DNA from: a virus
Length of the DNA stretch: 64,000 bases
Strand: one strand, 5' to 3'
Virus record (IMG/VR): IMGVR_UViG_3300021469_000002
Span: 1-64,000 of that record
The stretch's first letter is position 1; every line of letters starts with the position of its first letter. The notes beneath the pieces are model-generated. The model was not told the DNA's origin. It did no database searches and saw only the letters and a list, made by a program, of their open reading frames with translations. Below, in pieces: positions 1 through 8,971 of this stretch. Both the position numbers and the translations under genes were made by a program.

Positions 1-14
1 CGAAAAAAAAAGCT

Positions 15-334
15 ATTTGTATAGGAAAATTAAAAATATATATCAAATGTATTGGATAAACTTGGAACATTATACATTTGTATAAGAAAATTAAAAATAT
101 ATATCAAATTTTTCAAAAATCCTATACAAATGTATTACTTGAAAAAATATTTGGATCTATAAGTATAAAAGTTGATTGATAAAAAAATTCAACAACCTAG
201 TTCCAGACTTACTTTCCAGGTTTTTTTTCGTCTAATACATTTGTATAGGAAAATCGGAAAATTTGTATAGGAAAATTAAAAATATATATCAAATGTATTT
301 TGTGTTACTATTATCCAATACATTTGTATAGGAT
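15..334. repeat. Iteron-like direct and inverted repeat cluster (candidate replication origin or terminus)
   Basis: The 39-nt unit ATTTGTATAGGAAAATTAAAAATATATATCAAATGTATT occurs at 15-53 and 261-299, with a near copy at about 72-109. The core (A)ATACATTTGTATAGGA also occurs at 233-254 and 317-334, and inverted at 119-137. The region is non-coding and very AT-rich. Confidence 0.8.
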
Positions 335-450
335 ATTTCAATATATATACCAAAATAGCAATATTAATATAAATCGCGAGACATAATATATGATATATGA
401 AACATAAAACACGAAACGCGAAATAGAAACAACGAATAGAGGTGAAAAGA

Positions 451-696
451 ATGTTGGTGTATAACATAATTGGGAAGAGAAGATTGAAAAAACTGCTTTT
501 AGACTATTTAAAACAAAATACAGATATAAGGAGATCAGCTATTGATGAATTAAATCTTTTTTTAACTGAAGTAATTTTAGAAATATTAAAAGAAGCAAAC
601 AGAATTAGAAAAGCAAAAAATCCAAAAAAGAGATTAAGTGGTGATGATATTCGTTTTGCAGTAAAAGAAAAAGTAATAATTAAAAAAGAGAGGTGA
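451..696 (+). CDS. Archaeal-type histone-fold protein
   Basis: Three-helix pattern IRRSAIDELNLFLTEVILEILKEA...KKRLSGDDIRFA with the histone R-x5-D/D-I-x-x-A loop-2/helix-3 motif. GAGGTG RBS precedes ATG 451. Confidence 0.75.
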   Translation: MLVYNIIGKRRLKKLLLDYLKQNTDIRRSAIDELNLFLTEVILEILKEANRIRKAKNPKKRLSGDDIRFAVKEKVIIKKER

Positions 697-700
697 TAAA

Positions 701-1315
701 ATGGTAGAAAAGACATTAGAGCCTAGCCCTGAATTCAATCCAGTAGTAATTCCTGATGGAATTTACAACGCTAAAGTAAAAGATTACAGAGAAAACGTGC
801 ACCCAAAATATGGCGAATCTCTTATTATTGACTTCGAAATTACAGATGGACCACATAAAGGTAAAATAGTAGCTGGGTTTGCAAGTTGGCGAAAATTAAC
901 AAAAAAGACAAAATTATATAAATGGGCAACAAATCTTAATGCACCGGTACCAACAGAAATCGGTGAACCATTTAATCCTGATAATCTAATAGGAAAAACG
1001 GGCAGAATTTTAACCATGCAAGTACAAAGAATAGACAGAGAAGGAAAACCATTTTGGCAGAGCATAGTAAAGGATGTTTTGGGTGCTGAAGGGGCGGCAC
1101 CCTCATCCTCAGAAAAACCTATAACTCCAGAAATACAAAAAAAAGTAGAAGAACGACAAAATAAAATGGAATTATTAAAACAATTTGAGGGAAAATCGTT
1201 TACAGAAGAAGATTTAAAAAAACTAGGCTTTTCAGATGCAGAAATTGACTCTTTAAGAACAATGGGATATATTTATGAGCCTAAACCTGGAGAATTGAGG
1301 TTAGTTTCAGGATGA
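701..1315 (+). CDS. Phage-type ssDNA-binding protein (DUF669-like) with C-terminal winged helix
   Basis: N-terminus IPDGIYNAKVKD...LIIDFEITDGPHKGKIV is typical of phage SSBs. C-terminus LRTMGYIYEPKPGELRLV resembles the archaeal RPA2/MCM winged helix. Confidence 0.65.
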   Translation: MVEKTLEPSPEFNPVVIPDGIYNAKVKDYRENVHPKYGESLIIDFEITDGPHKGKIVAGFASWRKLTKKTKLYKWATNLNAPVPTEIGEPFNPDNLIGKTGRILTMQVQRIDREGKPFWQSIVKDVLGAEGAAPSSSEKPITPEIQKKVEERQNKMELLKQFEGKSFTEEDLKKLGFSDAEIDSLRTMGYIYEPKPGELRLVSG

Positions 1316-1482
1316 AAAAGAAAATACTATGGAACATTACATGCCCCTTTCATAATATTCCTTTATTAGCAGACATAGATAGTGTCTTTGCTTTTTGCCC
1401 AAAATGTAATTGTTCTTACTTTATATATGAAGTAGAAGACCCAATAAAAAGGCAGGCATTAATTAAATCTAAGGAGGAATAG
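1312..1482 (+). CDS. Small zinc-finger protein (56 aa)
   Basis: Translated by hand: CPFH...CPKC. Overlaps the SSB stop as ATGA. Confidence 0.5.
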   Translation: MKKKILWNITCPFHNIPLLADIDSVFAFCPKCNCSYFIYEVEDPIKRQALIKSKEE

Positions 1483-1483
1483 T

Positions 1484-1753
1484 ATGCCTTATATCAAAAA
1501 AGAAGATAGAGAAAAATATGAAGCTTGTATTAATTATATTGTTCAGGAGCTGAATAAATTACCAATAGAAAAAGTGGAAGGCGAACTAAACTATATAATT
1601 AGCAGCATATTGAAATGGTTTTATAGAACGAAACCAAAGTATTTTAATTACAATCGCATGATTGGTTTACTTGAGTGTATAAAATTGGAAGTATATAGAA
1701 GGTGGGTTGCTCCATATGAGGATATAAAAATGGAAGAGAATGGAGATATATAG
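1484..1753 (+). CDS. Conserved viral hypothetical protein
   Basis: MPYI...GELNY...LECIKLEVYRR..APYED.K..ENGD pattern recurrent in phage genomes. AGGAGG RBS. Confidence 0.6.
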   Translation: MPYIKKEDREKYEACINYIVQELNKLPIEKVEGELNYIISSILKWFYRTKPKYFNYNRMIGLLECIKLEVYRRWVAPYEDIKMEENGDI

Positions 1754-2458
1754 GAGGTGAATAATGAAATTATATGAAGACAAATTAAAAAAGATCATAG
1801 CATATATTGAACAATTTGGTGCTATCAAAGATGTAAAAATTATAAATAGTTCCATTCTTTTACGAGAACCTATAAAAAGCAAAGTTATTGAATTTGATTT
1901 AAATAAACCAAACGAATATGAAATCAGATTTATATTAGGTAATGAAAAAATAAAAAAAAGTAAGGAATGATTATTAATAAGGGGGAGGTTAATGGATCTT
2001 GAAGCAATTATTCTTAATTCCAAAAATAAATCATTAAAAGAATATAAAGAAAATCAACTTTTAACTAAAGAAATCTTAGTTTATGTATGGAGCAGCTATA
2101 TTAAAAAATACAAGATAGGTTTTTTTACCGGAAATACAATGATTCTTCAAAGTAAATTCCTCAAAAGAAAAGTAAATTTTAATATCTCGGAATCGGACGA
2201 GTAAATATTGATCTTTTCTTTTTTAGTTTTTCAATACATCTTCCACAAAGCCATATTGTTTTTCCACCAAAATAAACAGGTCTTAAAGTTGCAAATAAAT
2301 GACATTTTAAACTTGCAATTTTTCTTCCATCACAATAACCTATCTTAGATGCCGTAAGAATTCTTTTCCATCTCGGATTAACAAAATATGCAGGAATTTG
2401 ATATCTTTGAATTCTTTTCACCATAATTAATATTAATATATTTGTATATATAAATAAT

Positions 2459-2986
2459 ATGCCAGGAAAAATAGCTAAAAATCCTGAATTGGCGGAATAT
2501 GCTCGTGATTTAAGAGCAAGAGGATTGGGTTTTAGACAAATAGCAAAAAAAATAAATGAAAGATTTAATACACAAGTATCTCATATGGCAGTGAAAACAT
2601 ATTTTGATAATTTTGGGGCACAAGCAATGGGTATGAAAAAAACAACAATAATACAAACAAGAGAAGAATTAAAACAAGAAATCCTTGATACAACAAAACA
2701 GTTAAAAAAAATAAACAAAGAGATGTGGAAACTATACGAAGAAATAAAAAAAACAGGAAAAGATAAAATGGGTTTAGCAAGAATGAATATGTTAGACAAA
2801 ATTCTTAGGCAGTTAGAATTTAATGCCAGACAATTAGGCAGATTAAGTTCTACAGCTGTTAATATTACACAAATAAATTATGTCGATTTTGCAGTTACTA
2901 TAACAAATTATCTAAAAGAATGGGAAAGGCAAGGATACATTAAAATTCTTAAACCATTAACTCCTCCAACAGATGAAGATTATTAA
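2459..2986 (+). CDS. N-terminal HTH plus coiled-coil protein (possible terminase small subunit or regulator)
   Basis: GLGFRQIAKKINERFNTQVSHMAVKTYF HTH followed by amphipathic helices. Confidence 0.45.
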   Translation: MPGKIAKNPELAEYARDLRARGLGFRQIAKKINERFNTQVSHMAVKTYFDNFGAQAMGMKKTTIIQTREELKQEILDTTKQLKKINKEMWKLYEEIKKTGKDKMGLARMNMLDKILRQLEFNARQLGRLSSTAVNITQINYVDFAVTITNYLKEWERQGYIKILKPLTPPTDEDY

Positions 2987-3084
2987 GAATATAGAATTAA
3001 CAATATATGTTTTGGACAATATAAATTAACTAATTCTATTACTCCTAAATATAATTAATAAAAAAAACTAAAAGGAGGTTGTAA

Positions 3085-3357
3085 ATGCGGAAATATGATT
3101 ATAAAAAAGCCAAGAAGATAATAGAAGATTATAAAAATAAAGGTTTAAAAGAAGCATTTCTTGGGATGCAAGAGGATTGGTCCTTAACAGCAGAAACAAT
3201 CTGGAAAAATGGAAAATATTATGTAAATCTCGATAAAAAGAACTTAGAAATATGTGGAATTAATGGTTCGTTATGGGCTACTCCTATTTTAGTACTTGAA
3301 TTTAAAGACGGAACCTATAAAAAACTTTTATGTTATAAAGAAGAACAAGAAACTTAA
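3085..3357 (+). CDS. Hypothetical protein
   Basis: ORF with GGAGG RBS. Confidence 0.6.
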   Translation: MRKYDYKKAKKIIEDYKNKGLKEAFLGMQEDWSLTAETIWKNGKYYVNLDKKNLEICGINGSLWATPILVLEFKDGTYKKLLCYKEEQET

Positions 3358-3407
3358 TTTTTTGGTTATATCGAAAATAGAAAATAAAAAGAAGGAGGAT
3401 TTAAGAC

Positions 3408-3689
3408 ATGTCAAATAAAAACTTGGAAGATAGGATGTTTTCGCCTGTAATAAAAGAAATGTTTGAAGAATTGGGTAAAAATGGTGAAATACCTCAAATG
3501 ATTGATTTTATGCATAAAAGCAAGAGATCTTATTCGCAAATACTTAAAGTGAAAAACTATCTTTCAGAAGCAGGGATTATTAAAATAAATAAAGAAGGCA
3601 AAGAAATCAAAATAATACTTACTCCCAAAGGAAAAGAAATAATTAATGCCTTCATGAATTTTCTTAATGTTTTACGAAAAAATAAATAA
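3408..3689 (+). CDS. Winged-helix DNA-binding protein
   Basis: SYSQILKVKNYLSEAGII...IILTPKGKEI wHTH/MarR-like signature. Confidence 0.7.
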   Translation: MSNKNLEDRMFSPVIKEMFEELGKNGEIPQMIDFMHKSKRSYSQILKVKNYLSEAGIIKINKEGKEIKIILTPKGKEIINAFMNFLNVLRKNK

Positions 3690-3696
3690 AATTCCA

Positions 3697-3723
3697 TTAA
3701 CCGAAAACTTTATATATAAGTTA
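3697..3723 (+). promoter_or_regulatory. Archaeal BRE-TATA promoter
   Basis: TTAACCGAAAACTTTATATATAAGTTA, nearly identical to 29041-29067. Confidence 0.7.
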
Positions 3724-3814
3724 ATACATAATAATAAATGAGTGTTTCGGTAGTTTAATGAGCCAAAAGCTCAAAGCATTCCCGAGCACTTTATATTAAA
3801 AAAAAGGAAACAGA

Positions 3815-4228
3815 ATGTTAAAAAAATTAATTAAAAAACTAAAGGGAGTTGATATGCCTAAAGAAAAACAAGTTTCATACAAAATTAAAAAAATAATCAA
3901 ACAATTCAAGATTCCTTTACCACAAAAAGAAATAGAGAAAATCAGCAAAAAGGAAACCATGATATATGCAGAAGATATTCTTGCATATTTGATGAATAGA
4001 AGCAATAAACTAAATATTTTATTTAAACAAGCTGAAGAAAAAAATAAAAAAATTATTACTACTGATTCTGCTCTTTATGAAGCAATTGGCTCTGCAAGAG
4101 GAAACGTTGAAGTACCTCTTGATAGATTAAAAAAAGTTCTCTGGAATATTACTATAATTCCTCAAGAAAAAAAGCAACTTACAAGAGAGCGAATGCATGA
4201 AATTAGAAGAGCTTATGGTGGTATATAA
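3815..4228 (+). CDS. Hypothetical protein, weak PIN-like features
   Basis: MIYAEDILAYL...KIITTDSALYEAI loosely resembles the PIN N-terminal motifs. Confidence 0.35.
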   Translation: MLKKLIKKLKGVDMPKEKQVSYKIKKIIKQFKIPLPQKEIEKISKKETMIYAEDILAYLMNRSNKLNILFKQAEEKNKKIITTDSALYEAIGSARGNVEVPLDRLKKVLWNITIIPQEKKQLTRERMHEIRRAYGGI

Positions 4229-4440
4229 TGAGCAAGATTTCCGAAAACACAAAAAAAACAATTAAGAATCAAATATTAAATATCGTATCAGATAATTTTC
4301 AATCTACTAATAATATAGCAAAAAAAATAGGAAGAAGCTGGGAATTTACATCAAGTTTATTATCTGAATTAAAAAATGAAAAAAAAATAATAGAATTACA
4401 AATATCGAATTTAAAAGTTTGGAAAAAATATGGAGGTTGA
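4228..4440 (+). CDS. Small winged-helix protein
   Basis: STNNIAKKIGRSWEFTSSLLSELKNEKKI. Confidence 0.6.
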   Translation: MSKISENTKKTIKNQILNIVSDNFQSTNNIAKKIGRSWEFTSSLLSELKNEKKIIELQISNLKVWKKYGG

Positions 4441-4443
4441 ATT

Positions 4444-5330
4444 ATGCGATTAAATGTACATAAATTATCGTTGTGCGTTGCAGAAAAAGAAGGAAAAAAG
4501 AAAGAAATGTCTATTGCACAAATTAAAGAATGCATTAAATATACTTTAAGGATTTTAGGTATGCATTCCAATAAAGATATTATAGATACTATAAATGCAT
4601 ACAGACCAAAAAATAAAAGAAAAAAATATGGTGAATAAATGGGATATTCAGTAGTAAATTCAAAAGGAATTAAATATTGGTTACATAGAGTTTTGGCTAA
4701 AAAAAATAAAAGATATATATATTATTTTTCAAAAAACCCCGAAAATTCAATTGAATTACCAGAAAATTATATAGTGATTGAGTCGCCATATAGTAAAATA
4801 CCTATGCTGAAAAAGAAGAGGTGGTAATTTGCCTAAAACAACTTCAACAAAAAATATCATTTTCGATGAAAAAACAAAAGGAGTAAAAGTAATTAAAACT
4901 ATTACAGAAGTATTTGACAAACGTGAAATATATAATGTGTATAATAATTTAAAACAACAACTTTCTACATTTGAAAAGCAAATTATTCAAATGCAACAAG
5001 CTATTGAAAACATAAAAAAAGATCTTAGAGAATTGGGTCCAATTTATGACAAAATCAAAGATGAAGTAGAAAAAGAAAAAAGTGAAGAAAATGTTTAGAA
5101 AAAAATTCAGCAAAAAAGATTTTGAAGAATTTATTAAATTTAAAAAGTTTGATGAACATGCTTTCTATATAGTGACAGTTGGTAATGATAAGTATGAACC
5201 TACATTAGAAGTTATTAATCAAATCGGAGATACTTTACAAAAAACATTTCCTGATATGAAATTTATAATTGTTCCTAACTATATCAAAATAGTAGGTTTT
5301 GAACCAATTAAATCAACAAACTCAAAATAG
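4444..5330 (+). CDS. Four tightly coupled small hypothetical genes (4444-4638, 4639-4827, 4829-5098 coiled coil, 5082-5330)
   Basis: Abutting or overlapping ORFs with GGAGG/GGTG RBSs. 4829 uses TTG. Confidence 0.55.
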
Positions 5331-5342
5331 GAGGGATGAAAT

Positions 5343-5651
5343 ATGGCAGAAGAATTAAAAAATGTTATATATGTGGGAAATAAACCACCTATAATATATG
5401 CAGCCAGTATTCAAACCCAAGCGGTTTCAGGAGAAACAGAAATACATTTAAAAGCAAGAGGAAAAGCAACAGCAAGAGCTATAGATGTAAGTCAATTAGC
5501 AATTAATAAATTCTTGCCTGATTGGGAAGTAGCTGATGTACAGATTGGCACAGAAGAAATAGAATTTGAAAAGGAAAACAAAGAGACAAAAAAGAAAGAG
5601 ACAATAAAAATAAATGTCTCGACTATAGATATCACATTAAAAAAGAAATAA
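5343..5651 (+). CDS. albA: Alba (Sac10b family) DNA/RNA-binding protein
   Basis: NVIYVGNKP..Y...EIHLKARGKATARAIDV...VQIGTEE...NVSTIDITL is the canonical Alba signature. Confidence 0.92.
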   Translation: MAEELKNVIYVGNKPPIIYAASIQTQAVSGETEIHLKARGKATARAIDVSQLAINKFLPDWEVADVQIGTEEIEFEKENKETKKKETIKINVSTIDITLKKK

Positions 5652-5893
5652 TTCTCCAAAGAATATGCGGAATTAGATATACCTTTTAAACCTTTCGTGT
5701 ATTCGGAGAATAGAGGTGAATAGAATATGTGGAATAGAATTTTGATTGTTGGCGGTTCGAGTAAGGAAGATTATACTACTTATGATATTTTAAATATATT
5801 ATTAGCAAATTTAACAAAAAAGGAGTTGGAAGAATTTAAAAAATCCCTAAATCCCTAAACAGCCCGCCACTATACACTTGGAATATGGTCTCC

Positions 5894-6025
5894 ATGATAG
5901 AAGAAAAAGAAGGAACAATAATTGATGTTAAGAAATATGGGAAGTGGTTAATAGTATCGTATAGAGGCAGATGGGGAATATCATTTCATAAGATTAGAAT
6001 AGATGATGGTAAACTCCATGAGTGA
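5894..6025 (+). CDS. Small protein MIEEKEGTIIDVKKYGKWLIVSYRGRWGISFHKIRIDD
   Basis: Hand translation. The paralogous degenerate copy at 6255-6384 differs largely at synonymous or conservative sites, which supports coding. Confidence 0.55.
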   Translation: MIEEKEGTIIDVKKYGKWLIVSYRGRWGISFHKIRIDDGKLHE

Positions 6026-6254
6026 AGACACACCGTAGATTGGCTGGGGGAGAAAAAGTGAGGTGATTAAATGAAAAAAGAAGTAATCGCATATGCTATG
6101 GCTTCAATTATTTTTAATAATGGTATATGCCCGTTTTGTAAAGTCAAAATAGCTGAAAGATACATTAGTTTATCAGATGTAGAGAAGCACATAGAAGAAA
6201 AGAACGAATACTCGCTTTGGGAAAAATCTTATAAAAGAAGAGGTGATTTGAAAA

Positions 6255-6384
6255 ATGAGCAAAAGGAACAACAATTGATGTTAAGAAGTTCGGCAAATAG
6301 CTTATAATTTCATACAAAGGCAGGTTTGGAATATCTTTCCATAAGATTAGAATTGATGAGGAGGTTGGAAAAGATGAGGGATGA
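6255..6384 (+). pseudogene. Degenerate paralog of 5894-6025
   Basis: KGTTIDVKKFGK*LIISYKGRFGISFHKIRIDE: TAG (6298) replaces Trp and the ATG is out of frame. Confidence 0.6.
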
Positions 6385-6406
6385 AGAATTAATTTGGTGA
6401 AAGAAA

Positions 6407-6583
6407 ATGTCTGAAAGAACAGATGAAAAGCACAAGCAAGTTTTTCCTTTTGCACCAATATCACTCGATGAACCATATTGTCCGTATTGCGGTGCTCGTG
6501 AGTTCCACACAATACATTTCTGTAGGAAGCATAAGCGGTTCGAGTGTATTGTTCAAAGATATGAAGAAGACAAAGATAAATAA
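6407..6583 (+). CDS. Small zinc-finger protein (58 aa)
   Basis: CPYCG...CRKH, with GGTGA RBS. Confidence 0.5.
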   Translation: MSERTDEKHKQVFPFAPISLDEPYCPYCGAREFHTIHFCRKHKRFECIVQRYEEDKDK

Positions 6584-6601
6584 CTTACAAGGTGAGAGAA
6601 A

Positions 6602-7387
6602 ATGAATGAATTTTACTTTGGATGTGGGGACGGAAGCACAAAAAAAGCATTAGAATACATAGGTCCTATAAATGTGATGATTAATTATGCAAGTAAAGTT
6701 AATACACCGCCACAAACAACAAGAAAATTATTCATTGATAGTGGTGGTTTCTCGTTTTTCTTTAAGATGAAAGATTATGCAACACCACATAAACACTACT
6801 TAAAATTTGTTGAAAAAAGAAAAGCAGATTTTTTCGCAAATCGGGATTACCCATGCGAACCAGAATTATTAAGAAAAAACAAAACAACAGTTAAAAATAA
6901 TCAAGAACGCACTATCGAGAATCATATCGAGATAATGGATATTATTGATAATGAGTTTTCAAATTTAAAACATAAGTTTGTTGCTGTTATTCAAGGTTGG
7001 AAAGTTGATGAGTATTTATTAATGTTGGATAGAATGAAAGAACAGGGATTATTAACAAAACGGATTGCGATAGGAAGCATTTGTAGAAGAGGACAATCAC
7101 AAGAAATTCGGAAAATAGTTACAGAAATACGAAAAAATTTGACAAAAAAATATGAACTTCATGCTTTTGGTGTAAAATTTAATATGTTATGTTATAAAGA
7201 TGTTTGGGATGCTTTAACAAGTGCAGATAGTATGGCTTTTAGATTTATGATTGTTAGTAATGGTAATCCGATTTGGCTACAAATAAAAGAAAAGATTGAA
7301 TTATGGATTAAAAGGTTAGAACAATTAAAAAGAAAGCATAAGACACAAAAAACAATTACTGATGTGATGAAAGATGACCCAGAATGA
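6602..7387 (+). CDS. tRNA-guanine transglycosylase-like (DpdA-like) protein, putative 7-deazaguanine DNA modification
   Basis: TGT motifs FIDSGGF, DYPCEP, AVIQG, IAIGS, LHAFG, SADS. Confidence 0.8.
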   Translation: MNEFYFGCGDGSTKKALEYIGPINVMINYASKVNTPPQTTRKLFIDSGGFSFFFKMKDYATPHKHYLKFVEKRKADFFANRDYPCEPELLRKNKTTVKNNQERTIENHIEIMDIIDNEFSNLKHKFVAVIQGWKVDEYLLMLDRMKEQGLLTKRIAIGSICRRGQSQEIRKIVTEIRKNLTKKYELHAFGVKFNMLCYKDVWDALTSADSMAFRFMIVSNGNPIWLQIKEKIELWIKRLEQLKRKHKTQKTITDVMKDDPE

Positions 7388-7706
7388 ACCTTTGGATTTA
7401 GAAGAATTGGCAGATAGCATATTTAACGCTATTTTGAATATTTACGGTCATGCAAGAGGCGAATTTAAAAACAAATTAAAACAAGAACTCAAGCAACGAA
7501 TCAAGTCCGCCTGCGAGTTTTATTTGCGGTATAAGGATAAACCAGAGTTATTAATTAAAGAACATCCTGAATATGAAGAAGAAATTGATGACATTAAAAA
7601 ATATTCTGATAAAGCATTTTTTAGAGAAGAAGATATACAAAAATACAACGAATGGCTCTTCAAACTTGCTTTCAAGGGGGTGTTTGAAAATGTTAGAAAA
7701 GAATAA
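7374..7706 (+). CDS. Hypothetical protein (EPL..IKSA paralog family)
   Basis: NEPLDL...RIKSACEF. Confidence 0.55.
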   Translation: MTQNEPLDLEELADSIFNAILNIYGHARGEFKNKLKQELKQRIKSACEFYLRYKDKPELLIKEHPEYEEEIDDIKKYSDKAFFREEDIQKYNEWLFKLAFKGVFENVRKE

Positions 7707-8139
7707 GCCGTTGAAATTAATAGAAACAAGAAAAGAATTTCTCGAAGATTTAGCAAAAGAAATCTTACAAGAAATAAAAAAAGAATTAAATAGAAAGCAT
7801 CCACAAAAAGAAATTTTCGCTCATGCAAAGATTTACACATTCGTCAGAGAAACGGTAGATGGGATAGTTGGAGATGTCAAATCCGCAGTTCAGGGATTGC
7901 TGGGAGAGATTAGAAAACAAAAAAAGAATTTATCGGATTTTGGCGAACGACCTCTTACGGAAAAAGAATTAAATGCTTTTATCTCAATTTTGAAGAAGAA
8001 ATTTACAGAAGAAGAAAATAGGATGATGCAATTATTGATATTGACTTATCTTAGTATGGGAGCAAGAAAAATGGCTAAAGTATGTGAACAAGAAATCAAA
8101 AAATGGTTTCCCATTGAGGAGGAAGAAGAATGGAAATAG
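7690..8139 (+). CDS. Hypothetical protein (KSAVQGLL..KKWFP paralog family)
   Basis: ATG 7690 after GGGGTG. Shares a 23-nt identical block with 8526-8870. Confidence 0.6.
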   Translation: MLEKNKPLKLIETRKEFLEDLAKEILQEIKKELNRKHPQKEIFAHAKIYTFVRETVDGIVGDVKSAVQGLLGEIRKQKKNLSDFGERPLTEKELNAFISILKKKFTEEENRMMQLLILTYLSMGARKMAKVCEQEIKKWFPIEEEEEWK

Positions 8140-8321
8140 AAATTTTACAAAAAATATTGAATATTATGAAAGATATGTCTTCTGATATTTGTTTCTTGAA
8201 AAGTGGTTTATTGAGTTTATATATCATAGTTTTGTTCTTGTTTATTTATGTGCTTTACCTCAATTCGAGAATAATAAACTTAGAAAAGAGGGTGTTGAAG
8301 GATGAAATTAAGTCAAAATGA
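8130..8321 (+). CDS. Small membrane protein
   Basis: Hydrophobic stretch GLLSLYIIVLFLFIYVLYL. Confidence 0.5.
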   Translation: MEIEILQKILNIMKDMSSDICFLKSGLLSLYIIVLFLFIYVLYLNSRIINLEKRVLKDEIKSK

Positions 8322-8525
8322 GAAATTTATTGTAGTTAAGTCGCTTGTAGAATATTGGAAAGATTGTGATTCGGAAGATGATGCAGACGATATTATCAAA
8401 CTTATTATAAAAATCTGTGAGGTGTCCGATAATGCAAAAAATATGCAAAAAATGTAATTCAAGAGAAGTATTTGGATGGAAAGGAGGCGAGATGATTTGC
8501 TTAAAATGTGGACACAGGTGGTGGG

Positions 8526-8870
8526 ATGAATGAACCGTTAAAGTTAAACACATTGAAAAACAAAATAAAGGAAATAATGCGATCTATCAGAGAATTAGAA
8601 AGAGAAGGAAAAATAGATGAAAAAGCCTCTAAAGAGTTAAATTGCAGTATGGGTCAGTTAGGATATGAGTTAGATTGGAGTATCAAATCCGCAGTTCAGG
8701 GATTGTTGGAGGAGATTGAAAAAGAAAGACAATATGCAAATATTATGAAAGAAAGAGATGACATTAATGAGTATGGAAAGTATGTATGGATAGGTTATAT
8801 AAATGGATTAGAAGAAGCAGAGTTAAAAGTCAAGAAATGGTTTCCTGTGGTGGAAAATGAAAGAGATTAG
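8526..8870 (+). CDS. Hypothetical protein (KSAVQGLL..KKWFP paralog family)
   Basis: MNEPLKL...IKSAVQGLLEEI...VKKWFP. Confidence 0.6.
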   Translation: MNEPLKLNTLKNKIKEIMRSIRELEREGKIDEKASKELNCSMGQLGYELDWSIKSAVQGLLEEIEKERQYANIMKERDDINEYGKYVWIGYINGLEEAELKVKKWFPVVENERD

Positions 8871-8971
8871 AGACATCTACATTCGTATCCTTGCGGACTT
8901 GCCACTCACGCCAGAGTTTGTTAGGCGGAATTTCAAACAGGAATGGAAAGAATTGGAAAGGAGATTGGAAA

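Noticed and set aside
15-334. CRISPR mini-array
   Set aside because: Repeats vary in length, occur in both orientations and lack regular unique spacers.
6298-6300. Genome-wide TAG recoding
   Set aside because: Other genes (TerL, major capsid protein) end normally at TAG, long genes are uninterrupted, and this copy also has a frameshift.
5745-6550. tRNA genes suggested by GGTTCGA matches
   Set aside because: The matches lie in small ORFs and have no cloverleaf context.
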